Source: Sphagnum compactum
Lineage: Eukaryota
DNA: 64,000 bases
Assembly (NCBI GenBank): GCA_965153455.1
Contig: OZ234494.1
Location: 8,494,001-8,558,000 of the forward strand
Direction: 5' to 3'
Positions within the stretch are counted from its first letter, which is position 1. Each line of letters starts with the position of its first letter. The translations under genes and the position numbers were made by a program. This document shows, one piece after another, positions 1 through 14,115 of this stretch. The notes below the pieces were generated by a model, which saw only the letters and a program-made list of their open reading frames with translations, ran no database searches and was not told where the DNA came from.

Positions 1-221
1 AACTCTTGAGGTTGGTTTGTGTGAACGGATCTGCCCAGTTCAGATGCATGACTACTGAAGTCGCGAATGATCAGTGAATGTAGGCAGGAGAGTGATCTGG
101 GTGGAGGTTGCTAGAGCAGATGTTTTGGTATGACAGCAATTGAGTGTTCGATTCTGATCTGTTGTAACAACTCCCTAGGGTTGTCTGCAGAATTGTAGAT
201 CCCTCCTTTTTGGTGACAACA
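1..221. mobile_element. Probable end of a relatively young LTR, truncated by the window edge, inserted into an older Gypsy gag region
   Basis: Retains CG/CAG/CTG unlike the flank and ends in ...GGTGACAACA (typical LTR CA end) at 221, where composition changes abruptly. The other end and the TSD are not visible. Confidence 0.35.
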
Positions 222-339
222 TAACTAGTTTGTTCTTAGTTTTTACACACACATCCATTAATGGTTGTTATGAATCAACCATGGCAACATTCACCCCCAC
301 CCTAGGTTTAACACTCACATCTTCTTCACATACACACTT

Positions 340-1870
340 CCAAACCAAACAATCTTTCCTCAAATGTATTTCTTATTAACAACAAAAACAATCTGTGTTG
401 TTGTTGGTTTGGAAATATTGATTATGATTGCACAGCCTCATAGTTATAACCACCACCATGTCCTCCATTGTTTTGCCAACCATTTCTTCCAAATTGCTAA
501 TTATATTCTTGAATCCTTAACCTCCTTTCATTATTGGGTTTTGTATACCCTTGTTGTCTCATTGGCACATCTTCTTTTGATTCCGCCCATATTACATTCA
601 CGGGTACATTTGTTCATTAACAACATTATTTCATGTCCTTTTTAGCACATTAATCAATATTAGGATCGTCACTTTTACAAATGTGATAAAAAATTTACAA
701 AAATTTGCACTCTTTAATATAACATCACAAATTTAGCATGCAACAAATTAATAACAAAAATCATGTGAAGTTCATTCATTCATTGGTTCATACATTTTAC
801 ACACAAATATCATGCATTGAAAACACATTTGACACATAGATAAATGTGTTGACAGATGAAGTATGAACCTATGAATGAACAAATGTCACATGGATTTCAC
901 ATCTTTCAATAAATCCTTGTGTCAAATGTGTTTTCAATGCATGATATCAATGCATGAAACATACGAACTATGAATGAACTAATGTTAAACGATTTGTATT
1001 TTTAAATCATGAGATGCTAAGTTTGTGATGAATGCCCTTCATGGTATCAAATTTAATAATACATTTTGATTTGCAAGACATCAATACTTGACTTTGTTAT
1101 CTTCTTCTTTGTTTTCTCACACTTCTCATCATCTATATCATATTCAAATTCCTCGTGATTCTTGGTTAAATGCCCTTTTTAAATGGTAATTATTCTTCCA
1201 TTCTTTTTGTTAAATTGAAAACTTCAATAATGGTTGTCCTTGGCATACCCATAATCATTATTTTCAACTTCAAATGCAATCCTTCATGAAATGTTTCTCA
1301 TAGACATACATCATTTGGTTGTTGAAATATGATTATACACAATTGCAAAAAATTGTCATAGTAATCGTCAATTAATTCATGTTTTTTCCGTTAGTTGTTA
1401 TGGCATGCCCTTCACTTCACACCACGCTAAATTGTGCAATGAAAGCTTGTTGTACAGTAGCCCATCCAACTACAAGGTTCATTGTCTCATAACATGCAAA
1501 CCAATATGCACCCCATCTTTTCAAAAAGTACTTGGAAAAATATCATACTTTATGAACATTAGTGTTCTCACCATTGATAACACATATTTTGGTCAACTAT
1601 TTTAGATGTGTCATCAAGTCATCCCCATCATAGTATTTGGGCAATTGAATATTTAAAACATTAGTTCAACTTTTTTATTTTGGTTAAGTGGCCCCTTGAA
1701 CCTATCCACAAAACAATTCCACCCTTCCCTTTTCAGGGCATTCTTTGGAATGCAAAGATAGTTAATGAAAATCCAACCATAATGACCATTAGCTTTCAAT
1801 AGTTCTTTCATTTTCTCCCTTGCAATGACTTTTTTTAGCCATTTATCCTTTATGGGAATCACAATCACAA
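340..1870 (-). pseudogene. Degenerate Ty3/Gypsy gag (retrotransposon gag domain plus CCHC zinc knuckle)
   Basis: Minus-strand reading ~1660-1200: LNIQLPKYYDGDDLMTHLK*LTKIC...GAYWFACYE...WATVQQAFIAQFS...DYYDNFLQLC...ETFHEGL. Near 345-395: DCFCC**EIHLRKDC (CX2CX4HX4C-like). Many stops; interrupted by a foldback element. Confidence 0.7.
723..1029. mobile_element. Foldback/MITE-like palindromic element
   Basis: Perfect 29-bp inverted pair TATCATGCATTGAAAACACATTTGACACA (808-836) / TGTGTCAAATGTGTTTTCAATGCATGATA (919-947). Outer inverted pair ATCACAAATTTAGCAT (723-738) / ATGCTAAGTTTGTGAT (1014-1029). Confidence 0.65.
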
Positions 1871-3271
1871 TTTAGCTTTCTTCAAATTTACATTCATTTT
1901 GGTCATTATATTGAATATTCAATAGGATTGATTTGGTAGTTTCATGTTCTTGTAAAGTAAATAGATTTGGGTGCGTAACAACACACTATGTGCCCAATAC
2001 ATTCATATCCTTTCGTTTAATTCCTAGTTTTCCCACTCTATATTCACCTATTGGTAGTTTAATCTATTGGGACTAACTTTATAAACACATGTAAAAAAAA
2101 TCAACCACATCCAATTCCACTTTCTCTTGGTCTATAATCTTTTCAATACTCCTCTTTTAAGATAAATTTAGTGAAACTACTCCTTCAATCATGAAAGGCA
2201 ACCAATACATGTAGTATATCATAAGTCATTCATTTCAACGTGTCACAAGTCATCCATTTCTTGATAATAGCAAGAAATGGGTAGTTGAGGCTCCAATTCC
2301 TCGCTTGGGCTCATATGCACATTCAATGTAACCATATGGGTTACATGTGTAAGAGATAACAAGCCTATGAACATTGTATGAACTTCATTAGCTTTAAGGT
2401 TTGTATGTTTAATACTCCTTTTTCTAACATCTAAACTTTGGATGTTCCAAACTATGAACATGCTTAAGATTTCTTTTGCAAATCAAATGGTAGTTTCAAA
2501 ATTTGACTTCGTAGACAATTCCAACATTTTTTATTTGTACATAATTTCTGACTATTATAGTAATCATGCCAAGTCCATCCAAATTGAATATTCTACATGT
2601 TTAATTCCTTGGCTTATTCAATGGAAATTATTTCTACCAGGTCGAAATGTGTTTATTAGCATGTGCATCTTGTTTAATACCCAAATGAATTTGAACCCAA
2701 ATTTCCAATTTTCAATTTTAATTTCAATTACAATGTTTGTAGTTGTTTGATTCATTATCATTCCTAGAAACATCATATGTCATCTAATTTTTTTCCCCTT
2801 TAATTAATTCCTTAGTGAAATTACTCTCCAAATGAGTAAAAAGATTGGGATATTTGATTCATTGGCCCTTTAATAGTTAACACATCCATTGACAAATTTC
2901 TTTGGCAATCATGTATGTTCCCATAGTATGTTTATTGTCATAACTTTTTTCATTGGGATAACTTGTACTAGAATATGAAAAATACAAAACCCCCAATCGT
3001 ATCCATAAACCTTTACCCAACACATATAGGTGATTTTACATATATTAGTATCCCTAATATGGTCATGAAATGTTAGTTTTATCAATTTACATAATTCTGC
3101 ATTTGATAATTAAACACTTGTCCAAAAATGGGGTGCAGTTTATTAGCTTAAACCACTATAGGACTTTTAAAATGAAATAAGTTCATTCACCTTAATCATT
3201 TCAATCATTTCACCTTGCCTAAAGTTATGTCATTATAAAATCACTATGTAGTTATCATGTTTCATTATCAA

Positions 3272-3712
3272 CTAGTGTGGCTTGTGTTGTTGGCCCAAGT
3301 GTTACCATGTCCTCAATTGATTTTTCCTTCCAAAACTTGGCTTTTTGGGATTTATTTGAATTTTCAGGGGCATAAATCACTTAAAATAAATAACTCCCAC
3401 GTTCTAAATCAAAATCTTACCAAATAAATTCCATTAAATCTTGCTCATCAAGATCTTTTCAAAAACATTAGAGGCACATTCCAAATTCCTCCGAAATTTG
3501 TAGCTATGATTTAATTTAAGTTTTAGTGAAAAAATCATTCAATATTCAAGAACTTCTACATCGCAAGTCCGAACACCATGAAACCAAGTTGATGCACCCC
3601 TCCCCCTCGAGAGCTTTCCAAAGAGACCAAGAACGCGATTTAAAACATCCCAATTTGGTGGATTTCATCGATACAAAACAAAACAAACAAACAACCTTGC
3701 TTCATAGATAGA
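3272..3712 (-). mobile_element. Non-autonomous mini-Helitron (441 bp)
   Basis: On the minus strand it begins A|TCTATCTATGAAGC at 3712 and ends ...CACACTAG|T at 3272, with a decayed GC-rich hairpin ~20 nt before CTAG. A|T target, no TSD. Confidence 0.65.
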
Positions 3713-3764
3713 TTGGCATAATTCACTATTAATTAAAATAATCCACTACATTAAATAGGTATAT

Positions 3765-4990
3765 ATATACCTTAGGTTACTATACCCTAGGTTATTTCAA
3801 GTTATTCACATTGTTTTAAACTATTTTAAATTATTCCACTTAAGGATATTATTAGTTATTATAGGTTATTCCAACTTTGACTATTATAGGTTTAAATTTT
3901 TTATTTAAAGCTAATTTAAGTTGTTTTAAGTCATTTCACCTTACGTTATTATATATTGTACTTTTAAATAACTTATGGTTATAGCCTACAACAACCTAGG
4001 ATTACATAACCTATAATGAAATGTATATTAACTTAAAATAATGAAAAATAACTTAGGGTGGAATAGCTTAATATAATAAAAAAATTAAGGTGGAAGAACC
4101 AATAATATTAACATATAATGTCGCAACCCCACTTTGAAGGAGTGTGAGGATGACACTCACACTCCCGAAATGGGCGACTTGGGAGTCCTCCGAGACTCCC
4201 AAAAATTCAGAGTTCGATTGTAAGGGTCAAAACACCTTGCCTTGAGGCATTCTTTATGCCGTTGGAAAGGTCTTGAAGTGTAGATGTCGAAAATGGCCTT
4301 GCATGAGCCATTCAGACATTTGTAGCACAAGTCATGGACAAAAGAAGGGCCGGGGGTCAAACTGGTAGTTTGATTCCCGACCACTAAAAGTTGGGAATCG
4401 ACCTAACCTTGGTGTGTGCAGGTGGAGTACGACACACCATTGGAAAGCTCTTGAGGAGAGCTACAAGTTTACTTCAGACCTCATCTCCATCGGAGGTCTA
4501 AGCAAGGAGTTATAAACTCCCAAAGTCCCAGGAGTCCAAACCGGGACAGTTTCGGGACTCCTCCTTGGGACTCCCGGGAAAAAGTGCCATTCGGATGTAG
4601 GTGTCGTGGAGTAACGCAAAGAATACTATATGGGGGAAGGTGGTGGCTTCCCCCGAATCCGGGCCATGGTGGGTCATGTGAGTCTAGGGTCGCCCGTGGC
4701 TTGTCCCAGCACTGAAAGTGCTTCCGAATGTGAACTAACCAACTTGTTGGTTGGTTTGATGTAGGTTCAAGTAACTAAGTAAAGCTTGTCCCTCGCCCTA
4801 GTCTAATCCTGGAGCTTCAGCCCGCCCCTCTACCCCTTTTAGTGTTGGAAGTTGGGAGCGTGCCCCGTGTTCCAAACAATTTCGTTGTTTAACTTCTTTG
4901 GACCCAACTTGTGTCTAACAAGGAACTTGGGAACGCGTCATATAATAAACATGAAAAGCTTAGGGTATAATAACTTAAGTGGATTAACTT
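3765..4990. repeat. AT-rich degenerate inverted-repeat (foldback-like) region split by the solo LTR
   Basis: Left side repeats (T)AGGTTATT/TTCCACTTAAGG-like motifs. The right side (about 3970-4118 and 4946-4990) has their reverse complements, such as AATAACTTAGGGTGGAA. Confidence 0.4.
4119..4940. mobile_element. Solo LTR, 822 bp
   Basis: TG...CA termini (TGTCGC...GCGTCA, imperfect inverted), perfect 5-bp TSD TATAA at 4114-4118 and 4941-4945, GC-richer than the flanks, no internal domain. Confidence 0.9.
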
Positions 4991-5149
4991 ATATTTATAT
5001 ATTAGAAAATGATAATCCAATTTTCAATTGACCTTACAACCTTAGTGAAATAGAGAGGGCCTTAGTTTAAACTTGAAAAATATTATTATTAAATGTTGGT
5101 TTACTAAAAAGTATAATGGTGAATATGCTTCAACAAAAGTGACGTTAGC

Positions 5150-5610
5150 TAATAAAGATATTTTTGGCGATTGGACCAAATGTCGCACGTGTGGGGAATG
5201 CCATCCAAGGTATGGATTGAGTTTAATATGGTCGTTTTTGCCTTTGCCAAATGTTAGATCAATAATATTATGATATTTAGTTTGATTTCAAAAGATCACA
5301 TGCAACATTTGTGAAAGGTGTTTGATTGGCTTAAGGAACATAACCTTAAGTTGTATCTTGGCAAATGTTTGATTTTTCACACTCAGGTGGAATACATGGG
5401 AAATATGATTTATCCTATTAGATTGGGGGTTCAAAAGACCAAAGCTGAAGGCCATCTCATAGGTTTTTTGGCTAAGGAATGTTAGTTAATTACAAATTTT
5501 ATTGGGCATATGTAATTGTTATTGAAAATTCATCAAAGGATTTAACAACATTGTCAGACCATTGATCCAATTAAAAAAGGTTGATTAATATTTCATTCAG
5601 GGTGGGCCAT
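5150..5610 (+). pseudogene. Ty3/Gypsy reverse transcriptase remnant
   Basis: Reads FAKC*INNIMIFS...DHMQH (decayed YIDD motif), LKEHNLKLYLGKCLIFHTQVEYMGNMI and KFIKGFNNIVRPLIQL, with frameshifts. Confidence 0.8.
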
Positions 5611-8600
5611 ATGCATATACCTTTTACATCACAAACTTGCAATATCATGTGAAAATCATAAAACAATATGTCCATGCAAAATCCATGGGCTTCAAAGTGT
5701 AAAATTGGCATGAAAAAAATAAATAAATTATATAAATGATGTGTCTTTTCTACTTATGATGTATTGATGTAAGTATGTATGATTTACATTTTAATTAAAT
5801 CCTTAAAATTATCATGATGTAATTTTGCATAAAATTATGTAATTTTTGTGTATTAAACATAAACATTCACATTTTTCATTCAAAAACAATGTTTCATTTG
5901 TATGAATATTTACCATATTGAATATGTACAAATATTGTTCATATTAACCATAACACAAAATTCATGCGATTTGTGGACAAACCAATGAAAACTAGATTTC
6001 ACACAAATTTTATATGAACCTATGAAATTTAGTTTGTTTGTGATGTAAGAATTAAAAATTAGGTTCACGTCAACTCCCATTTTGTGACAACCCATATGGG
6101 GGTAACCTTTTCAATTACATATGTAATTTATATACCTATTAATAATGAATTTATGAATTAATTCATTATTAATGATTCATTATTTTTAATGATTATGTAA
6201 TTAAATAATCATTAATTATTAACTATTAATTATCAACTAATTATTAACTTCTATTTTAAAATAATCATTATTGATTAAGTTTCATATATAATTAATAGGC
6301 AATCTTTTTTAATGTATGTAACTTGCATACTAAATAATTAACTTAACTTGATTACCTATTTACATACTTACCTACCTACCAACCTATTCATGTACCTAAT
6401 TACTTGACTATGTTCTTAACCTACCTAGCCCACCCATAATGTATGCAAAATGTATATTTGACATGCCATGAATACAACATAGTTTACAAATATACCTTGA
6501 TCAAAACACATTATAACAAAAGATACATCTCATTATTTGGGCACTATCACCATATGCATCCTCTTCATTTGGCACATTTAATTTTCACATTTTCCTCTTC
6601 ATTTTGTGGCACATTTAATTTTGTTTGTTGGCTTGGATTTTTTTCCATCTCTTTTTATTTTATTTGAACTTCAATCATGAAGATTTACAATTTTCATTAT
6701 GCATTACTTACTTTTCATTTTAATTGGATTCTTCCATTTTCTATAAGACAAAATAAACCAAACAAGGGTGGAGAAACCCAAGTAAATGCTAGTATTAGAA
6801 AATCTAAACTCTACCTCAAACATCTAAAAATCCTAAAAAATGATATCCTACTAACATTGTCCCTTCTCTATTTGTTATAATGTAATAAAATAACACAAAA
6901 AGATACTGAATAATGCAATAAAGATATGAAAATTTGATGTATATAGGTGCAAATCATGCAAATTATAAGAAAAAATCCATTAGTGTATGTAGAAATAAAT
7001 TTATATACAAATCCTTTTTTTAGAAAACAAACAATTTGACAAATACAAAATGCAATCTAAAATATAAAATATTCAAACAAATAAACAAACAAACATCAAC
7101 TTCCACACCCAAACCACATTGTTTGTGCACAAATGTATTTATGAGTTCAAGCTAAATGGTCAAAAAAATAACCAACAAATAGAACAAAAAAGAGTAAAGT
7201 TCAAACTTACCTCAAGGTCAAAGCTTGAAACAACATAGCTTCAAGACAACCATATTTGATACTAATTGAGACCTATGCAAGGCAAGTGAGGGGATGGTTA
7301 AATTTATCACAAATAATTAAAAACTCTTGCATAAGTTGAAGAAAGGATCATAATTCTTGATGGTGGGGATATGAAGGATCTTGAAAAGGAGAAATCAAGG
7401 GATTCCAACAAACCGAAGATGGAAGTGAGATGACAATATGTAATTATTATATGGAATCCTTCCATCTTTCCGAAATTGCGATAAAAAACAAACATTAATC
7501 AAATCATTGAGGTGTTAACAAATGTGACTATCTTCTCACATGTTAATTTATGTGATTGCTTTCAAGAATTCATGGTCCTATACACTTTGAAAGCAACTTT
7601 CATATACATCGTTTGACTTCTGGTTATATATTATGTCATTTTCAAGGTTGACAATTCAAAAATAAATAAAAATGTGGAAGAAGTTTAGTAAGGCCCACCC
7701 CATATGTTATTATTTACAAAATTACTTGTAGGCCAAGACAAAGGTTGGGTTCCACATGCATGGATAAGGGAAAGGAAGTGCAGGGTTCATTATCCTTCAC
7801 TTATGTGAAACTAATAAAATTATTCCATGTCAAAAAATTTCAATACCATTTTGAAGAAACACAAAGAGTAATTCATGTCATGATTATTGTAAGACAAAAA
7901 TGCAAACACAGTAATGGCCCAAAACTTTGTGGATATTAATAAACTTTGTTTATAAATGTTTTCCAACTTTAAAATCTTTGAGGGAAAAAATATGGAAGTT
8001 TTTTAATGAGACCAAATAACCAATATATAACAAATGAAACAAGGGTATAACTATTATATTTTTAAGAATATTTAAAAATATGATTAAATTTTCTTAATAT
8101 ATAAACCTTTGTGGAAGATTTTTAATGTATGTACCAGTGCTTTAGGGGTACCTACCTTGCCAATGTAGGTTTTGATATATTCATACTTTCACAAAAAGTC
8201 AAATTAAATTTTATATTACAATTCCATATGTCAATAAAGTTGTTTCCTTCATGTCTAATGCTAAACACCATATTTTTTATATCTTATTCAAATATTAATA
8301 ACATTCCATTGCAAAGGTTTAATGATATCCACACGCATGCAAATGCAAAGGCCTTCCTTGACCTTGTTTTTTTTGGTTTTGGGTTTGATTCCCATGCATG
8401 TTTCATTCCTTGGTCACAATCCCAAGGCAAAGGCCATGTTAGGTTTTCAAATACAAATGGAAATATGGTTTTAAAATAAAATTTATTAACATGATTAATG
8501 TCAAAGTTTACACATAAATTGTCCCTTGCATCTTTTACAATTTTCATAATTTATCTGATGAAAATATTTCATCTATAACATGCTCAAATTCATAATCCCA

Positions 8601-9349
8601 TGAGCCAATTTATCCTTCACATCACGTAAGCATGTTGCCAAAACAATTTCTTCATTTTTTCCAAAACAAATAACATATTTTCAAAATCCACCATAAATGC
8701 AATAACCTCCCATGAAATTATTTCTCACAAATCATCACCATGCAACACAAATTCCATCTTGATCATCTTTGCATGAGAGTTATGGTTTTTGATTTTCATA
8801 TTGACATTAGAAAGGAGTAACCCCTTTCTTGTAATTACACTATCAATTATTCAATTAAAATTATAATTGAAAATAAATAATTATAGTTGCAAAATGTTTT
8901 TTGCAATTATGCACTAAAAAATTTGCAAGTACAAGTTGAAAACAATACCCATGTGTCACCACCACAACAATAATTATTTCACTTACAAATGACACTTACC
9001 ATTATAATTGAAGGTTGTTTTCAATTGTAACCCAATGGTGGATGAACTTCATCCATTAATATTGCTTGATGTCAACCAACCCCAAGTTGCAAATTTGATT
9101 GTGTTGTAATTAAATTAGGCAAAAGGTTTAGCCAATAGTTCAATGACACATGGTGCATCCACAAAGTTGTGATTTCAATTGAGTTATAGTCAAAAGGTTG
9201 ATTAATGTCATCGAAATCAGTTAAAGAAAAAGTCACATGTCCATGCTCATTATTCTTGTTTAATGTTGATACATGTGAAGTTAATACTCCCCATCTACCT
9301 TTGGCCTAGAGTTGAAAGGTTGATTATAATGTAGTCAAAACTAAGTTGA

Positions 9350-11558
9350 AAGATAGGTAAATGACAATCGAGGAAAGTTGAAACTTTATTCGAATGGATA
9401 CAATTGAGTGAAAAAAAAGTTGTAAAATGAAAAGATGTGTAGATCTAGTTTTGCACTTATATGGTTCAAACATCAACTAAGGAAGTTTTGTTTATAACCT
9501 GTTATCAAATTATCAAACTTTATATTTGAACATGCACATATAATTGTTTTACCTTGCAATAAGAATGGCAAGAGAATTCAAGCAATCATTAACTTGACAA
9601 CATTGTGAAAAAGGGACATTAAAATAACAAAGATAAATTAGCCTGTAAAACAACAAAAACATGTAGGAAATGTAACAAAATCCATTTAAGTACACAACCA
9701 TCTAGGTCCTTGAAGATAGAATGCATGAAACGTAAAGACCCTTGTCTAGATATACCAGATTTAATGAATTCCCTTTCGACAATATTATGTTCATATATAT
9801 GGAGGCAAATTACTTTGCTCCAAAAGGTTCACTCAATGAATGTAGAATAGGAGTCTTTAAATAAATAGAGCTAGCTTAGAACTATTCATTAGGGCCAATG
9901 GGTGATTAATTTGTTAAATTCATACAATTACACATAAACACACCTTGACCTTGCCACACCATATATTCATATAATAATGACGAGGTTAGTGTTTTTTAAT
10001 AGAAGTTCCATGCAAACCAATCAATATACTAAATCCAACTTAGGTTTCATGAAGTCTTAAACATGTGACTTGCCCATATATCCAACATTTGATCAAAATT
10101 TGAATTGTAATTAGTGGTCTTGTTGTTTTCAAATTTGCATACCTATAAACAAAACCCAAACAGAAATTTATCTTCCAACTGAATGGAAATTCTTACAAGC
10201 ATAACATGGAAGACAATATGGGATGGAAAATACTTGATAATTCCATCACTTAGGGTTTCGTAACCATGTTCAAGCTCCTCTATAGTCCATTCACCCTTGA
10301 TACCTATATCATGCAATAACAATTCAAAGTCACATAGTTTAATGTTGATTCATTTTGTTGTGAATTTCAATGGTCAAGTCACCTATGAATGGGATTAGAA
10401 AAAAACTATGTTATGTTAGCAACAATTGATGAATCAACATATTTCTTATAGTAGATTGTTCAACATAATGACATTGGGGACTATAATGAACTTTGTTTCA
10501 CAAGCAATAGGAACATGTTTGCAATAGGCACATGTTTGGCATTCAAATTAATCAACCATTGCCAAATATAGCTACAAGTCTCATATAACTTATTCTCCAA
10601 GCTTTTCCCAATTGGGGAATTCTTCAAAAATATATTCAATAAACATTCCAATCTACCACCAACCACACTTGTTGACTATTTAATCCAAAATCCAATTGTA
10701 TTTCAACTGAAAAGATAATCAAGCTACCATCACATGTTGGAAATGCTTATCATAATCAAATAATAGAATAAAGGCCCGCAAATAAATTGCCAAGGCTACA
10801 TGAATATTTGAACATACATGACAATAGTTCAATGTTAATCTCACACTTCATTGCGTCATAGCAAAAGTTCATAGAGGTTTCAAACCAAATCCTTGCAACA
10901 TCCAAATTATCAATTAGAATGGTTGCAATTGATTAAGACATGAATACACTAATCTCCAACTTGACTGTGCCATAGGATGATTACATTATAATATTTTATC
11001 ATGAGGCAATGTTGTCACAAATATTGATGGACCAAAGTTGACCAACATGCATTTCCTTGGCAATGTTTGGAGAATGGAAATCAACTATAGTTCATTCACT
11101 AGCAAACACTTGTGCTCAACAACTCACGTCATGCTCATGAATATCAATTAACAATTCTACAATTCACACCCAATGCAAACATTCAAATTTTAAATTCATT
11201 AAACAAAATTATTTTTTTCTTTAAGTATTGTTACACACAAAACAATCAAACAAAAGCTCAAAATTACATCTCATATGCAATTGAACTTTTATACCCATCA
11301 TTTGTCATAAAACATTTAAAATGATGGACTTTACAATTTATTATAAGTATTGATAGGATATTTCATTTTGTGATTCACGTACTTTAAGTTATTTATCATG
11401 TAGATTAATGTCATTGCACAAAACAAATCAATTGCACATGCAACAACACATCATTTACAATTCTTTTAAACACACAAACCATAAACATAAGTATCACATG
11501 GATAATATCCATTATTAAATATGAACATTCTTGAGAAACTATATACAATTGAATATTT

Positions 11559-11592
<34 letters not shown>

Positions 11593-14115
11593 GGACTAAT
11601 GCATTTTATTTCATGCTTCAAGTTTACACCAAGGTTAACATTATGACGGAAAATCTTCATAATATGTTTTACTATTCAATTTATCTCTTGCACTATACAA
11701 CTTGACCATAATAAACACGATTAAACTTGTCACCCCACCCATGACAAGTCATTTTTCACATCACAAATCAGTAGTCAAATTGTTGTATCTGGGCTACTCC
11801 CCAAGTATATGTTAGATGTGAGATAATCATCTTTATCTATCAAAACTTCCAATTGAACCATTGGCTTATGAGAAATTTTTTGGTAACAAAAAATTGCACA
11901 AAGTTACATTCCAAGATGCAGGCATGATTTACATGCGATGCTTTATACCATATCACTACATCCACTTAGGTCTTCCACAAGAATGTGACTTCTATGAAGT
12001 TATATATGTAGTTCTCAATCAAATGTTGTAAGTTGACAACATAACATACTAATGTACACATGTTGCAAGTTGGCCAAATAACATCTTATCACACAAGCAT
12101 ACTATCATGCAAGTTCATCATGTAGTCAAAGTATTGTCCTTTCAAGGATGGTACATTCACCATTTTGAAAATAACACACCAAGTATATCTGCCATCCAAT
12201 CCATTTTGGTGATCAATGCCATGTAGAATGGGTCTCATAATTTTCCTACATAGTAACACGTTGCATTGATGATTACAATATTGCTTCCCATTTGATTAAT
12301 CTTGTCACAATGTTGGAGAATTTAATATATCATGAGAAACATTCACATGTTCCAACCATAGGCTAAACTCCATAGGTCTTGTTGTTTCTCATATTTTGAC
12401 AATTTCTTACAAATATGTAGGAGATTGTAAAAGAAAATTCCACAATACTTTGAAAGCCAAAGATGAAAATTCATAGTGTAGTCATAACCTTATGAGTGTT
12501 GTTCACAAAGTGTCAAAACATTACCTTCATCATCAATAGCAGTATTGAGCTATAAGACTCCCCCACCCCCCATTACTTTCCTTAATTCTTCAAAGTGGGT
12601 GTAGACAAATATGTAATAATTTGCCAAAGATTTTGGGCAAAACCATATATCAAAACATCTTTGTCATGAGTTTTCTATCCAAGCCTCTCATAACAGGATT
12701 ATAAGGGGATCATTCAAAAATATCATTACAACACCATCATAAATGTTAGTTATTTTCATCTTCGCTTGATTTGTTGTTGTGCAAATTGTTATATATTGTA
12801 AAATCAGACACATACATGTACACATAATCATGATTTTTTCATCTTGATGCTTACACCATAATTTTCAAGTTAATTTACAATCATAAAGACTACATATCTA
12901 TGAAATTATAGAAACATTTCCACGACAACAATTTGAAGGTAACATGACAATGAGTGCAATCATAACCTTATGAGAGTTGTTCACAAAGGATCAGATGGTT
13001 GCCTTCACTAGGAATAACAATGAATGAGGTGCCATCACTAACCCTTAACTTCATCAGGTCTTGATAGAAGGTGTAGAGAAGTAAATAATAATGAACCCCA
13101 ATTTGTTAGACAAATGATTTTACAAAATTTGCATCCCAAGTTTCCAAAGCAATGGGAAAATTCAATCATGATGTTAGTTAGCATTCAAAGAAACATAGCT
13201 CAAGGAACTACACATGAATTATGTAAGATTCCTTCAAGCTTGGATGTTGTATGTCATCATGATTTTGTTATCCCTCCATCAAGAATGTTTGCATTGACCA
13301 TGATTAGTTGTGCATCAAATGCAAAATGATTAATAATACCAAAATTGCATGCTTACTAGATGTCAAACCAAATGAACTATTTTGTGCAAGACATATATAT
13401 TTATTAGTAATATCTACTCACAAGATAAGTAAAATTTAGATGGATCCCAAAGCTTGAATGCGATTGGTTTGTCATGCCATTATTTGACACAAAAACCATA
13501 TTACTTTTTTGATTGCCATAAATTTATTTAGGCAAATAATATTTAGGCAATTAAAAAATATTTTGCAATCTCTAGACATGCCAATTGAATAGCAAAAAAA
13601 ACCAATCAATAAGATCTACTTTTGAAATTCGCATTGGAAACAAAAGTTAGATTAGAGATCCATTGAGGAGTGTGCATGGCATAGAACTGCCAAACATAAG
13701 ACAAAGACGATGACAACAACAAGTGACCTTCATGTTTGACATGCACATATTCCTTCCTTGTATGTTTTTCAAAAAGGATTTGGGAATACCAAGCATGTGT
13801 CATTTTCCAAGAAAATGGAGTGGAAACCCTTAACCAAGTCAACATTTCTTTTGTTGTAGATTTTCGTGATTCATTTGTGTTCATTTTTCTATGACTATTG
13901 TGGTTTGTTTGTTTACAAATCTTTTGATCATTTGCAGTCTTTTTAGAGGTGTGATTATTTACACATGGAAGAAAGGGATTTTCTTTGAGATTTGGAATTC
14001 TAAAACACCATCCATTTTCAATTGGTTGTGAACATATCTTTACAAGGAAATTGAACATGGCGATGGATGTTTGCCATGCAAAATATGAAAGACACAATGA
14101 GGGATAGCCAACCAC
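9350..14115 (-). pseudogene. Highly degenerate, apparently intron-containing transposase-like gene, tentatively KDZ/CxC (Zisupton/HMGXB3-like)
   Basis: Exon-like blocks with ag/gt edges (e.g. acceptor near 10142-10147). Fragments include IIKYFPSH, GFSILIGLHG, LALMNSS, ICLHIYEHNIVEREF and TRVFTFHAFYLQG, with Cys/His-rich pieces upstream. Family assignment is by eye only. Confidence 0.3.
11561..11589. repeat. (AT)n microsatellite
   Basis: Uninterrupted ATATAT run. Confidence 0.95.
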
